Source of the DNA: Paraspadella gotoi
Lineage: Eukaryota > Animalia > Chaetognatha
NCBI GenBank assembly: GCA_051294375.1
Contig: CM119266.1
Span: 20,624,780 to 20,688,779, forward strand
Direction: 5' to 3'
Length of the DNA stretch: 64,000 nucleotides
Of this stretch, positions 30,619-42,600 are shown piece after piece. The notes below the pieces were generated by a model, which searched no databases, was not told the DNA's origin, and worked only from the letters and a program-made list of their open reading frames with translations. Each line of letters opens with the position of its first letter. Positions within the stretch are counted from its first letter, which is position 1. The translations under genes and the position numbers were made by a program.

Positions 30619-33600
30619 CTGGAAGAATAATACTAAATTAATGACCATGTTACCTAAATCAATTAATATTGATATCCTCATCAGTTTACCTTGCGCTAAA
30701 TAAGGATGTAAGATCCCGCTGGGCTTGATGTACCTCCGCGGTCTAAGCTGCAACAGCTCGCGTCCCATTCGAGATTGATACCTGACGCCTTCGAGAGTCG
30801 TAGTAAGGAGATCAAAAGTGCCAGCCAGAGGGCGCGCGATAAAACCCATGATACCCTGAAAACAAGTGAACATCGAGGGGTAAAAACAGAGAAGCGAGTC
30901 TCAACAGTCTCTCTAATCAGTCTCTGTCTCTCTTAGATAACGAGATGGCTCTCGGTGAATAGCGAAACTTTTTGGCAAAACGGACGAATCAAAAAACACA
31001 TAATCAGACACGAAGCCGACCTGGGCTGTCCCTTGAGGAACGTTGCCGCTGTTCCTTTTCGCATTGAGAGGCTTCATCACGATTCCGGAGAAACCCTCGC
31101 CGAAGCCGAGAAGGCAGGCCTTCAGACCGCGGACGAAGCCCTCCGTCAAATCATTGGGGGCGTTCTGATGCTCTTCCCGACGACGGCGCTGGTAATCCTC
31201 GTCGAGGGTCAAAGCGGCGAAGGCCTAAATGATCGAAGAATCGTCAGTTTGTCTATCATTCAGTATGTCAGTCTCCCTCTTTTTCTCTCCGTCTCCCCTG
31301 ACCTTCCCGAACGATCCGGTCAGCAAACCGGCCGAGTGCGCCGTGCCCCCGATGATGCAGCCAAAGAACTGTTTGAAGCCCATGGCCATCCCCTCCAGCG
31401 TCTCGCCCTCTCCGTAGCCGCGATAAGGCTCCACGACGACGTGCTTGAATCCCTCGAAGAAGTTCTTGAGAAGACCGACGGGGTTGCCCAAGAAATCGAG
31501 TCCGAACATCAACACGTGCATGTTTTGCATCGCCTGCGCAAAGGAAAGAAAAAGGAAAGGAGTCGTCCTCTTAGTTCTAATCGTTATTGGCTTCGTTGTT
31601 ATCGTCGTCTCTCTTGTTGCTACCCGATATTTTAAATGATTTTCCTTTTTCACTTTAAATTGTCTATTATGGCTATGGCAGGAGCGCGAGGCGCGAGGCG
31701 CGGGGCCCTGGTTATCTCACTAACTGGCGTAGGGGCTGCGCACTCTTGTTACTGGCACATTTAAACCGGTTCTGTCACATTAAAGCCAGAGCCGGGATCC
31801 CTCGGGATTGACGCGCGGATAGGACGAGACGATTTAGCCTGCTCCGCCATTGAGACGAGACTGCCAGTGAGGAATGACACTGGACAGCGGTGGGGCAACT
31901 TTAAGTCGAACTGCCACACAAGTAGCTTTAAAATTTGTAAATCGAGCAATTTATGATTCATTTTGGAATACATTTAATTACCTATAACAATTTTAACCTG
32001 AACGGCGTAGTGTCTGACGCATTCTCTGACCAGCTGCTGCTGGCTGAGAAAGGCGTTCTGCTTGCCGAAGCCGCTGAGGCTAAACTCGATGTCTTGAATG
32101 TCGGTCAAGGCCACGCCCACGCTCTTCAGGAAAAGATTCCCGCTGACCAGTTGGGGGTTGAGACCCTGGAAAAAGAAGGGGGGGGTTATTTACGGCTTAC
32201 AGTTTAGGGTGGATCCATGACCCAGGCGACTCAAAAAAAAAAAAAAAGAATCTAAGGACACCCGAGACCTCGCTGTGCTGCTGCGGCTTCTCGTCCTTTG
32301 GGTCCTCGAAATCTTGAGTGTCCATCGGCTCCTGAAAGACGTCGCCGCGAAGAGAGAAGCTGAGGTGCAGCACGATCGACGAGATATCGAGGTCGTCGAA
32401 GAAGTTGGCGCCGCTGTCGGCGGAGCTCCACTCGCGGGCGTAGGCTATCAAAGGCTTCACCGCTTCCGCCATGTCCGCCTGCGGTGGGCGTGGCGGAGGT
32501 GAGGCGGACGAAAGATACTTATCCAATTCTTAGAAAGACTCAAAGGCGAACCTTGAGCTTATTTCCCGAGGATCCGTCGGGAAGATTGAAGAAATTGACG
32601 ATTCCGTTGATGAGGACCCAATCCGCCTTGAGGTCCATCGGTTTGATATCCACCTGTCGTTCAAATTGAAAAAAAAAGTTGTCAATGAAATAAATACAAT
32701 AGTCAATCAGATTGAGATGGAGAGATAAATTGTAAACAAACTCGCAAAGGTAAAATAACAAATAACAATATTGCCAGTGTTGTCGCTAAATGTTTCTCGA
32801 TTTCTATAAGTAAAAAAAATTAGCCTAAAAAATTCCTTTAAAATACTAGTTTTATAACAATTAAAAAAATGTTAAATAGAAATCAAAATGCTTAAACAAT
32901 CAGGAAGCAAAACTAAAAAGTCTCTGACTTTAGACTTTAGGACAAATAAAAAGCGTGTAAGAAATAAAAGACAAAAGTTACTATAAATTATAAAGAAATA
33001 AAAATAGTGATAAAGAAGTTGACCCGGAACGTCTTGATCTGTTTAACGTCGCTCATATCGAAGGTTCTGACGGCGATCCGGATATCAACGAAAGAGGGCG
33101 GGATGGGCGCTCGTCTGATCGACATTGGAGTCATGCGCGGAGCGAATGTCGTCGGAAAGATGCACCCGTCCTTAAGTTATTTTTTTTTTTTATATGATTT
33201 ATTTTTATTTCTCCCTTTCTCTCTTTCTTTCTCTTTCTTTCTTTCTTTCTTTCTTTTTCTCTCTCTTTCTTGTTGTTCTATCCTTGTTTTCTCTTTTTTT
33301 AATTCCTTCTATCCCTTTTATCCTTTCTTCGACTTTCACAATTCCCACCTGTTGGTTGTCTATTTGCAACTTATGAAGAACGCAATGTAGCGAAAAAGTG
33401 TGAGCCGATAGCTTGAGCCGAATAGCGATTCCCGGCTGATATCGGCGCCGGATGCGGGTGATGTCCGGCGCCAGCATGTAGAGGACGGAGAAGTCGATCT
33501 GCATCAAACCCGCTTTCACGATTCCGAATCCAGTGATTCCTTCGACCTGATATCACAACATTATGACTTTTTATATTTTATATTTTATATTTTTAATTAA

Positions 33601-35851
33601 ATAGATAACCACATTTAAATGCTGTTTTTCCTGCTCGTATCCTACGAACCTCCATCTTATGCAGATGCTGTTGATAGGCCTTCTCCAGCACGATAGAAGC
33701 CTGCTCGGGTAGAGCCCTGTACTTCTCCTTGCCCGTCATCCTCTCCCACGAGACGTCGGAATCGGCGAGACCCAAATAGATGACCTCTTTGCGCAGATCT
33801 GTGTCGACGAGAGAGACGCCGAAGCCTTTCAAGTCCACCGCCACCTAGAAGGTTTGAAGACAGCGAAAAAAGCGACAGGCGTGAAAGATACCCTTCTTTC
33901 GGTCGCAACTAATTACAGATTTAGTAGATAAATCACCATAACTCTTAACTCACCATTGATATCTGAGACAGGATCCAGCACGAAAGTAATCGTAATAATT
34001 GTACCTCAGTGTCTTAATCATTTTTTTATTACTTCGCTGTCCTCATAACTTTGTCATTGTCATTGTCAATGTCCAGCCTTGCCTCCAGATTGTTTCTTTC
34101 CAGCTCGCCGATTTCTTTAGCCCTGACTGCCATGTACAGGTCGTCAGTAAACATCAAGATCCTCTGGCGTCCGTTGAGGAAAGAGACCCAGTACTTGGCT
34201 TTTGTATCAGGAGCTACGTGAAAGTCGCCAAGCCCGTCGCGGGTGAGCATGTTCCGTCCGTAACCTTGCGTGCCACAGTCCCAATGCAGTTCGCGCTCGA
34301 TGAATGAGTTCTGCCACGTGTAGAGAACGTTTTGGGTCGGTTTCACCGTAATGCGCATGGATCCCTGAAGAAAGGAAAATCCTTTTGAATTCATCGTTAA
34401 AATAAAAATAAATAAAAATACAACAAAAATTAAATTAGATTTGGCAACGTCGACCTTTTGGTAAACTCGGACATCCATGTTGCAAGCGTTCACGATTTGA
34501 ACGGGAGCCATTCCGGTTTGATACTGTTGAACTCCCATGATGAGCTGGTAGAAAAATCAATGGGCATTATTGGGAATATCACCTAAATTACATTTTTCCA
34601 ATAAAATTAATAGTATAAGACTGTGTTACAACATCCAAAACCAAATATCCAGACTTATAAAAAAATGTCTAGTAGACTCATAAACAAGCAAACCATGGCA
34701 ATAAAATAAAAGGTACAAAGCAATAATCTAACTGCAGCGTCGGAGAGCGTCGCGTGGATTTGAATTCCGTGGTGCGAATGTTGCGGCATCGCTAAGAGAG
34801 TATGAAGTTCCTGTGCCATGGTGAAGGGCATCGTCTCACACTCCGAGGCGTCTTCGAACCTAAACGGCGTGGAATCACTTGTAGTCATAGGCGTGTAGAG
34901 CCGAGGGACTCGGGCTCTTTGGTGTGCAGTGTGCAGTGCACACTGTGCACGGCGCGGTTACCCCGGGACGGTCTCGCTTTGCCAACGCAGAGGGAAGTTA
35001 AATGTAAGGGGGTGGGATGAACTTGGCTTTCAGGAGGGCCCGGGGCCTGCAAAAAAAAATAGTGGAGGGGTCAAGTCGGGTTTGCCATTTCTCAACAAGC
35101 CAGAGATTGTCGGATTCATAAACCGAAATGCGTTCCCGCACAAGGACCGCACCTGACCACCATTTGCAGAGTTTTATTCTTGGGGTGAGGCCAGAATGCT
35201 TTGACCGCCCCGGGCTGAACGATCAACCAACGATCCTCCTCTTCTTCGCCTTCCTTATCGTCGCCGTTGTTTCCCGCCCATTGAAACCAACCTGCGAAAA
35301 TAGAGAGCGAAAGAGAAATCTGAATTATGGCGAGACACACAAAGGAGTCGGCTCGGCTATTTCCTACCGCCAGCGACGCCAGTGGCATCCGCCAACGTCG
35401 GCTCCGGGATAACGTCGTGGACGCTGATGAGTTTGCTGCCGACGTTGGTGATCATGTAGTACGGGGTAAGGGTGAGAATCTGAAAATCGTTACTCGCATA
35501 TGTAAATTGTATAATTGTATATTACGAACAAAATTTAAAAAATCTTAAAAGCATAAGGATCGTGCCTGCTTTCGATGGTAACCAAATATTGATGCGATGA
35601 TAACCAAATATTGATGGGATGATAACCAAATATTGATGCGATGATAACCAAAGGATTGATACGATGATAACCAAATGATTGATGCGACGATAACCAAATA
35701 TTGATGCGATGATAACCAAATGATGGATGTAATGATAGTCATTCATTAATGTGATGATAATCATTCATTAATGCAATGATAGTCATTTATTCATGCGATG
35801 ATAGTCATTCATGGATAAGATGATAGTCATTCATTGATGCGATGAGTCAAT

Positions 35852-35889
<38 letters not shown>

Positions 35890-38800
35890 CTCATTAAAAA
35901 GGTATTTTGATTTCACATGTTTTTATTGATTCAAAAAATTTTTTATAAATTTTATTTTCAATATTATTTACTACAATATTTAAATAAATTAAATTAAAGC
36001 ATTTCTATATACTAATTTGAATATTATAATGGAGTATTATAATCTCATTTATATATTGCAGTAAATCATAATGAAGTGCAATTCAAACAAAAAATATTTG
36101 AATCCAAATGTAATGATGCCGATGACAATGACGACGACGACTCCGTCACAAAGAAGCTCAACCGAAACAAAATCGAGCCTGGACCGGCTTCGCGCGACAG
36201 GCTCGATAACAATCAAACACATCCACGTTTTCCCCATTCCCCATTCGCTATTTATTTTTTTTATTTTTTTTTTTTTATTTTTTTTTTATATTTTATATTT
36301 TTTTTATTTTTTTTTTTTTTAATTTTTTATTTTTTTATTTTTTTTTTATTATTTTATTTTTTATTTCTTTCTTTCTTTCTTTCTTTCCTTCTTTCTTTCT
36401 TTCTTTCCGGTAGACCTTTGTCAACGCCGAGGCGGCCATGGTCACGGTCCAGGCCAGCGTGTACTTCTGTCCGTTCTTGTTGTCCGTGCAACTGACAACG
36501 AGTGAGGATCCCGTGGTGTCCATGGAAAGACGATCCGACCATTGCGAACCCGCGATAGAGATAGAGATTTTCTTCTTGGAGAAAATCCCGCGCGATTTCA
36601 TCTTGAAAATGTCGGGCTCACTGGGAAAGTCGCCCTTTTTGACAAGGAAGGAGAATAGATGTTAAGTTTATTTACTAAGATAATTAAAAAAAAAAAAGAC
36701 TCGCCTTCATATACATGATGTTATCGCTCTCCTGCAGCATGCTGGTGAAGTTGATTCCCGCGTACTCCGGGAAAGTGTGTCGCTCCATCTTCTGACCCTT
36801 GGCTTTGATGATGACGTCGCCCTTGTCCTCGAAGATGTTCATCTTAATGGCGCCGCGTTGGGCGTCGGCGTGCATCTTGTCCTCCCGCTCCGTGAACCGT
36901 TGGAAATGCTCCATCATCTCGTCGCGTTGATTCTTGGCCGCCAGATGCTCGGGAATGTCCGAGGAACGACGTACGTCCTCCTCTTGGACCTCTTCTTCCT
37001 CCTCCTCTTCTTCATCTGACCCGCCCGGCTTTGTGCCTTCATCGTCGGTCTTCTTGTCGTCGTCGTCATCGTCGTCGTCTTCGCTGTCGTCTTCGGATTC
37101 GTCCTCTTCCTCATTCTTGGCTTTCTGATGTGTAAAAAAAAGTGAAACTGAGGCGGTATATACACACCGCCTCACATCCACCATCGTCCATCATTCAGCC
37201 AATGCCAATGGCTCTGAGGGTGGGTACTGGGTAGTCCCTAAAGCCAACGGTAGCAAGCCCCATCCCACAGACAACCCGGCGGTTTCCATAAAACTCAATA
37301 TATTAAATAATAAAAAAAGAAAAACTTTCACGAAGATTAATTCTTACTTCTTCGATTTTCATGACTTCGTGCGGCAGAGTGAGTTTCACCTATCGATAAA
37401 TATATATATAAAAAAAGAAGAAACTAAAGTTCATTAAATCTCAACGCGACCAGAGACTCGTTAAAATATCAAGACTCTCCCCACCCCCTTACCGATTTCG
37501 ACGGCCGTTCCGATGCCGAGACGGGGCTCTGCTCATCCGTATCGGCGTTGGTGATCGCCCCCTTCGACCGCGACTTGTTATGGCTTCTTCGGTTCTCATT
37601 TTCCCTTTGGTTCTTCATCTTCGCGTTTCGTTTCTCCTCCGCCACCTCGTATTTCTCAATGTCGGCGATCTCTCGATTGATAAAGTGAAGGAGGTCCGGA
37701 CCGGAGCGATGGATCTCGTCAGAGTCCTTGCGTCGCCGTCGAGAGGCGCTCTTCTTTATCTTCTCTTCGATGCGCTTCTCCTCTCTTGCGGGGGATCGAT
37801 ACGGAGGGTGGAGGCGGGGNNNNNNNNNNNNNNNNNNNNNNNGTGGGGTTCGGATTAGGAGACGTAATTGTCCCATTATCGTGGTTGGAATATTGGAATA
37901 TAGGTTGGACATAGGATTGGAGACAATCTTACTCCCGTTCGTGATTTAATCATAGAAACTTTATATCTGATTATGATTAATTGTCATTAGTCGTCGTTGA
38001 TATTGATTAGTTTTGACCTTAATTATTAATTAACAAGTGTCGGGGTTTTTTTTTAAATGACTATTTAAATTTAAAGCCCTTTTCATCATGGTGACATTGT
38101 CACATTAACGAAAGTTTCCCGCGAGTCGCGACCTACTTTGATTTGCGTTTGGTGCAATTCTTGAAGCACCTTCCCCAACTCGACGTCATCGCCTTCATCA
38201 TGCGACCGTAGAACGCCAGCGACATGGGCGGATCCGCGTCTTTGCTCAGCTTGAAGCGAGCCGGGAGGCCTGCGCGTCCAAAGGTTCGAGTTAGCATCCG
38301 GAATGCAACGCGACGAGCAATTGAGCAATCCCATCGGCAATTGAGCAATTGAGCAATTAAGCAATTGAGCAATTGAGCAATGATCTGTCCTCACCCGTCT
38401 GGTTGACGATCCAATACGGAGCAAAGAGGTGAGCGCTCATCTCTCCTGTGTCAGTCGCGCGGACGTGGACCCCGATTTGAAAGAAGTCGTTCATGCCAGA
38501 GAGTTGACTGGAAAGAAAGAATATCTGGCTATATACATATCATATACATACATATACATACGTTACATAGTAGAGCGTATCGCTATCACTATCACTAGTG
38601 AACATTAATTCATTACAGAAGATCTAGAAGCTCAAAGGATGAAATCAAGTGGAACCGGATGGAATCGGATCATAGACTCGGGGAGAATTCACCGAAAATG
38701 GAATCGAGCTCTCTGATTGGTATCCACGTCTCTGATCCACTTGCTTTGTATAAATTGCATTTTTTTTGGTAGTTGGTCATTCTGTCCAAAAATTGACACC

Positions 38801-38961
38801 GTCTTCTTGTCTAAATGCTGAAATCCCTGTCCTCTTATTTTAGTACAACGTTGTTCATTCCTCACTTTTAGAATTTTAATTTAAGTTAAATTTAGTCTTT
38901 TTATCTTTCTATCTTCTTTCTTTTCTCTCTCTCTCTCTCTGTCTTCTCTCTTCTCCTCTCT

Positions 38962-39016
<55 letters not shown>

Positions 39017-39580
39017 TCCATTATTTACTCTTCTTCATAGAATTCCGTCACAATTAGCAATTGCTCCTTCGGCTTGCAGCCGAACAGGAAGTTCTCCCAG
39101 CCAATCCTTTCCCAGATAATCCGGCAGTTTGACCTGTTAACGATTCGATCGAGTAAATATTCTTCTTCACACCTTCCACTCCCCCCTCAGTCTCGTATCT
39201 CCCCCCCCCCTCCGCTCACCTTGACCATCAAATCCCCCTCCTCCTCCTCCGAATCTTTCAAGGCGTAGAGCGGCACCTCCTCCCTGGCGGAAGTTCGTGA
39301 AAGTCGAGTTCGTCGCTACGCGGTGTGATGCTGTGGTGGTACTCCATCATGATGGGTAGGTTGTTCTTGATCACCAGCAGAGGGCGCAAGTGGATGTGAT
39401 AGACGTATGAGACCCCGTGGGCTCCTTGAACGACGGCGTCTTGACGGAGAGAGGCGTCGAAGTGGAGACGCGAAACTCGGACTTTTGACGCTGGCCGAGG
39501 ACTCCCTGAACGAAACGGAAGTCTGCACGGAGACGCAGATCTGAGTGTAGGTCTCCGGTCGAAGGGGGCGCAACGATGAT

Positions 39581-39669
<89 letters not shown>

Positions 39670-42600
39670 AAGAAAATATTGCAGACGCGGCTTGCCGAGA
39701 CTGAACAAAAAACTTTTCGGTCGGTAGGTCTCTCTGTTGGTCAGCCTTTGTGAATAATGCAAAAAACTAATAAACTAAGTTAACCTCGTAACAGTGTGAA
39801 ACTCCCTACCGGCCGCCACCTTTCGCCCGCCTGCCGCCACCCTGGCACGCCCCTCCGCCCGCCAACCTTTGCCCGTCGAAAAGTTTTTTGACGGGCTCGG
39901 CGTCCTCTTGTGCCTTCATCTCCAAAAAGACTTTGCGCCAACCGAGACTCTCGTTGGAGACGTCGTGGAGATGTTGATTGTTGAGCAGGGGGCGGATGAA
40001 GAGGGCGCCAGCGTCTTTGCCGTGGATTGCCTCGAGCGGAACGTCGAAGTCTTTCTCTTTCGCGGGATCCACCGTCCGTCAGGTACTTGAGGGCGAAGGG
40101 GGGGAGGGGGCGGAGAATTTGAATAAAATTTCTCTCTCTCTCTCTCTCTCTCCTTCATCAAAAATATTTGGCAACAATTGAATTGTTATGGCAACAGCCG
40201 GGTTGCCTGTGATTCCCATTGGGATGGGCATCTCACTGTTGGCTTTGGGAGCTTCCGACCCTCAGTGAACGCCTCCAGTCACTGGCGCGGTTACCCTAGG
40301 ACGGTCTCGCTTTGCCAACGCAGAGGGAAGTAGTTAGGACAGTGGATGGAACATTACGCCTGAGATGGTGTGTTCACCCTCTGAGCCCAATGGATTTGGC
40401 TGAAGGATGGTGGACATGAGGCGGTGTGAATATACCACCACATTGTTTTCATCGCCGAGGAAGACCGCAAAAAAGAGTCGAACATGTTCGTTTCTTTTTT
40501 TTTATTAAACAATCATATTTGTTAACAAAGAAACTTTGTTCTCTCTGAACAAATTTGCTTTTCGTTCGTTCTCTACCGCGACAATGTCGTCGATGAATCG
40601 TCCGATTTCCGCGGCACCTGGAACATTGTCGCCGGCCCCGATCAGAATCTGCATCGGGACGCTCATGTGGTTGTGTAGCTGCACCAGAGATTCGAAACCA
40701 TCAGCGCTCATGTAAGTATAAGACGGCGTGGATTCCGCCTAATAATGAGGGGGGAAATTTTGATTTCTGAAATTGGTAACAAGCAATATAAAATTATCCA
40801 TTCATTTAATAAATAAGCCATCTTGCCCTGACTTTGGACAGGCTTTGTGGTTTAAGGCTCCGTCACTCTGACAAGATAATGACAAGATAATGACAAGATA
40901 ATCAAGACTCTTCTCACAATCTCGTTCATTCACTCCCTATCAATGAAGTTGAATAATATTTCGAAAATGTTTCAATTGTATAAAAAAGGGCCGCTCCCTT
41001 ATATTAATCCCAAAATAACCAACAAAATTAAAAACAAAAGACAATGTTTTATTACAGAAAAATAAACTAGAACCCACCACCAGCGTGTACTCGCTTCGTT
41101 CCGTAATTGAGAGGGAACACCCTTGTCTCTCCACGCAGAACTTCGATCTCCATTATGTCTTGAAAGCTAAACGAAAAGTAAGAAATATTTTAAATAATGA
41201 CGACCTTAAGGTCCGGGATCACTCAATTCAAATTATAAATTAAGGCTAAAACCGAGCTCGGATTTCGAAGGAGAGCTCCTGACGATTCCGAAATGTATTC
41301 ACTTTACTATTTTTTCAAAGGCGTCATTGTTTTTTTCGAATTTTTTTGTACTATATAAAAAAAAAGAAACCCTATTTGAAAGAGTTGCAGCCCCAAACGG
41401 GTAAAGGCGGTTCTTCCATGAAATTTGGCATGAATTACTTTTAGGTCACGAACTTTCCATTCTATGAAAAAGATATTTTCAAATTTGGCCTCCTTCAAGC
41501 AAATTTGATTATTTTCATCAATTTTTGGGATTAATTCCTTGATATTTTGAAACGAAAAAACATTTTCCAAAAACGCGCTCAGTAGAATCTCCCCCACCTT
41601 TCTTTCTTGCCCAAGATATTTTTTCTTTCAAGAAGAGTCCAAAACGTTTTGAGCTGCAAACTCTTTCATTTTTTAACTTCACTTCGTCAAGAAATAAAAT
41701 TCTGTACTCATTACTTTTTGCAAGATTCACCACAAACATACACAGCACGGGAATGTGATGATGGAGTTTTGTTAACGCGATGTCTTAAAAAAAATAGCTT
41801 ACTGTTTTTAATTTTTAAAATTCAGATTTGATGTTTTTTCAGAGATTCCCTATAAATAAGGCAACATTTTATGATATAAACATTTTACATAAAGTGAAAA
41901 AGTCAAATTTGAAATATATATCTATAAAGTTTTTTAACTCATAAAACTCAATAAAAGCAAAAAACTCATCTGGAAAATGTGTACAGTAGTTTAATTTTAG
42001 ACTTATTAGTGGATACAACTCCAAAGTATGTTACGCTATGTACCAAAAGAAGATTTTCGAAAGGAGTGCTCCTGACGATTCGAAAATGTATTCGACTGTT
42101 TACTATTTTTTATAAAGCGTCATTGTTTTTTTCGTTTTTTTGTACTATAAAATAAAAGAAACCTATTTTGAAAGAGTGCAGCCATCAACGTAAGGCGGTT
42201 TCTCATGAATTTGGCATGAATTACTTTTAAGGTCACGAACTCTTCTCATGAAAATATTTCAAAGCCTTCCTTCATAGCAAATATTCATCAATTTTTGGAT
42301 AATTCCTTGAATATCTGAAACGAAAAACATTTTCCAAAAACCGCTCATAGAATCTCCCCCACCTTCCTTTCTGCAAGATATTTTTTCTTCAAAAGGAGTC
42401 CAACGTTTGAGCTGCAACTTTCATTTTAACTTCACTTACGTCAAGAAAGTAATAATTCGTACTCATTACTTTGCAAGATTCACCACAACATACACAAGCA
42501 CGGGATGTGATGATGGGTTTGTTCAACGCCGATGTCTTAAAAAAATGCTTACTGTTTTTAATTTTTAAAATCAGATTTGATGTTTTTTTCAGAATTCCCT

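Noticed and set aside
30955-31635. 226-aa plus-strand ORF (and similar ORFs at 30266-30598 and 50621-51127)
   Set aside because: Antisense shadow of GC-rich VPS13 exons.
40284-40331. Twister-ribozyme-like words (GCGGTTAC...GCAGAGGG)
   Set aside because: The conserved AAGCCC loop and UAA cleavage bulge are absent, and no hammerhead or HDV core could be built by eye.
40187-40442. Intronic H/ACA snoRNA interpretation of elements ending in ACA
   Set aside because: Copies occur in both orientations relative to the host gene and carry TSDs, which fits mobile elements.
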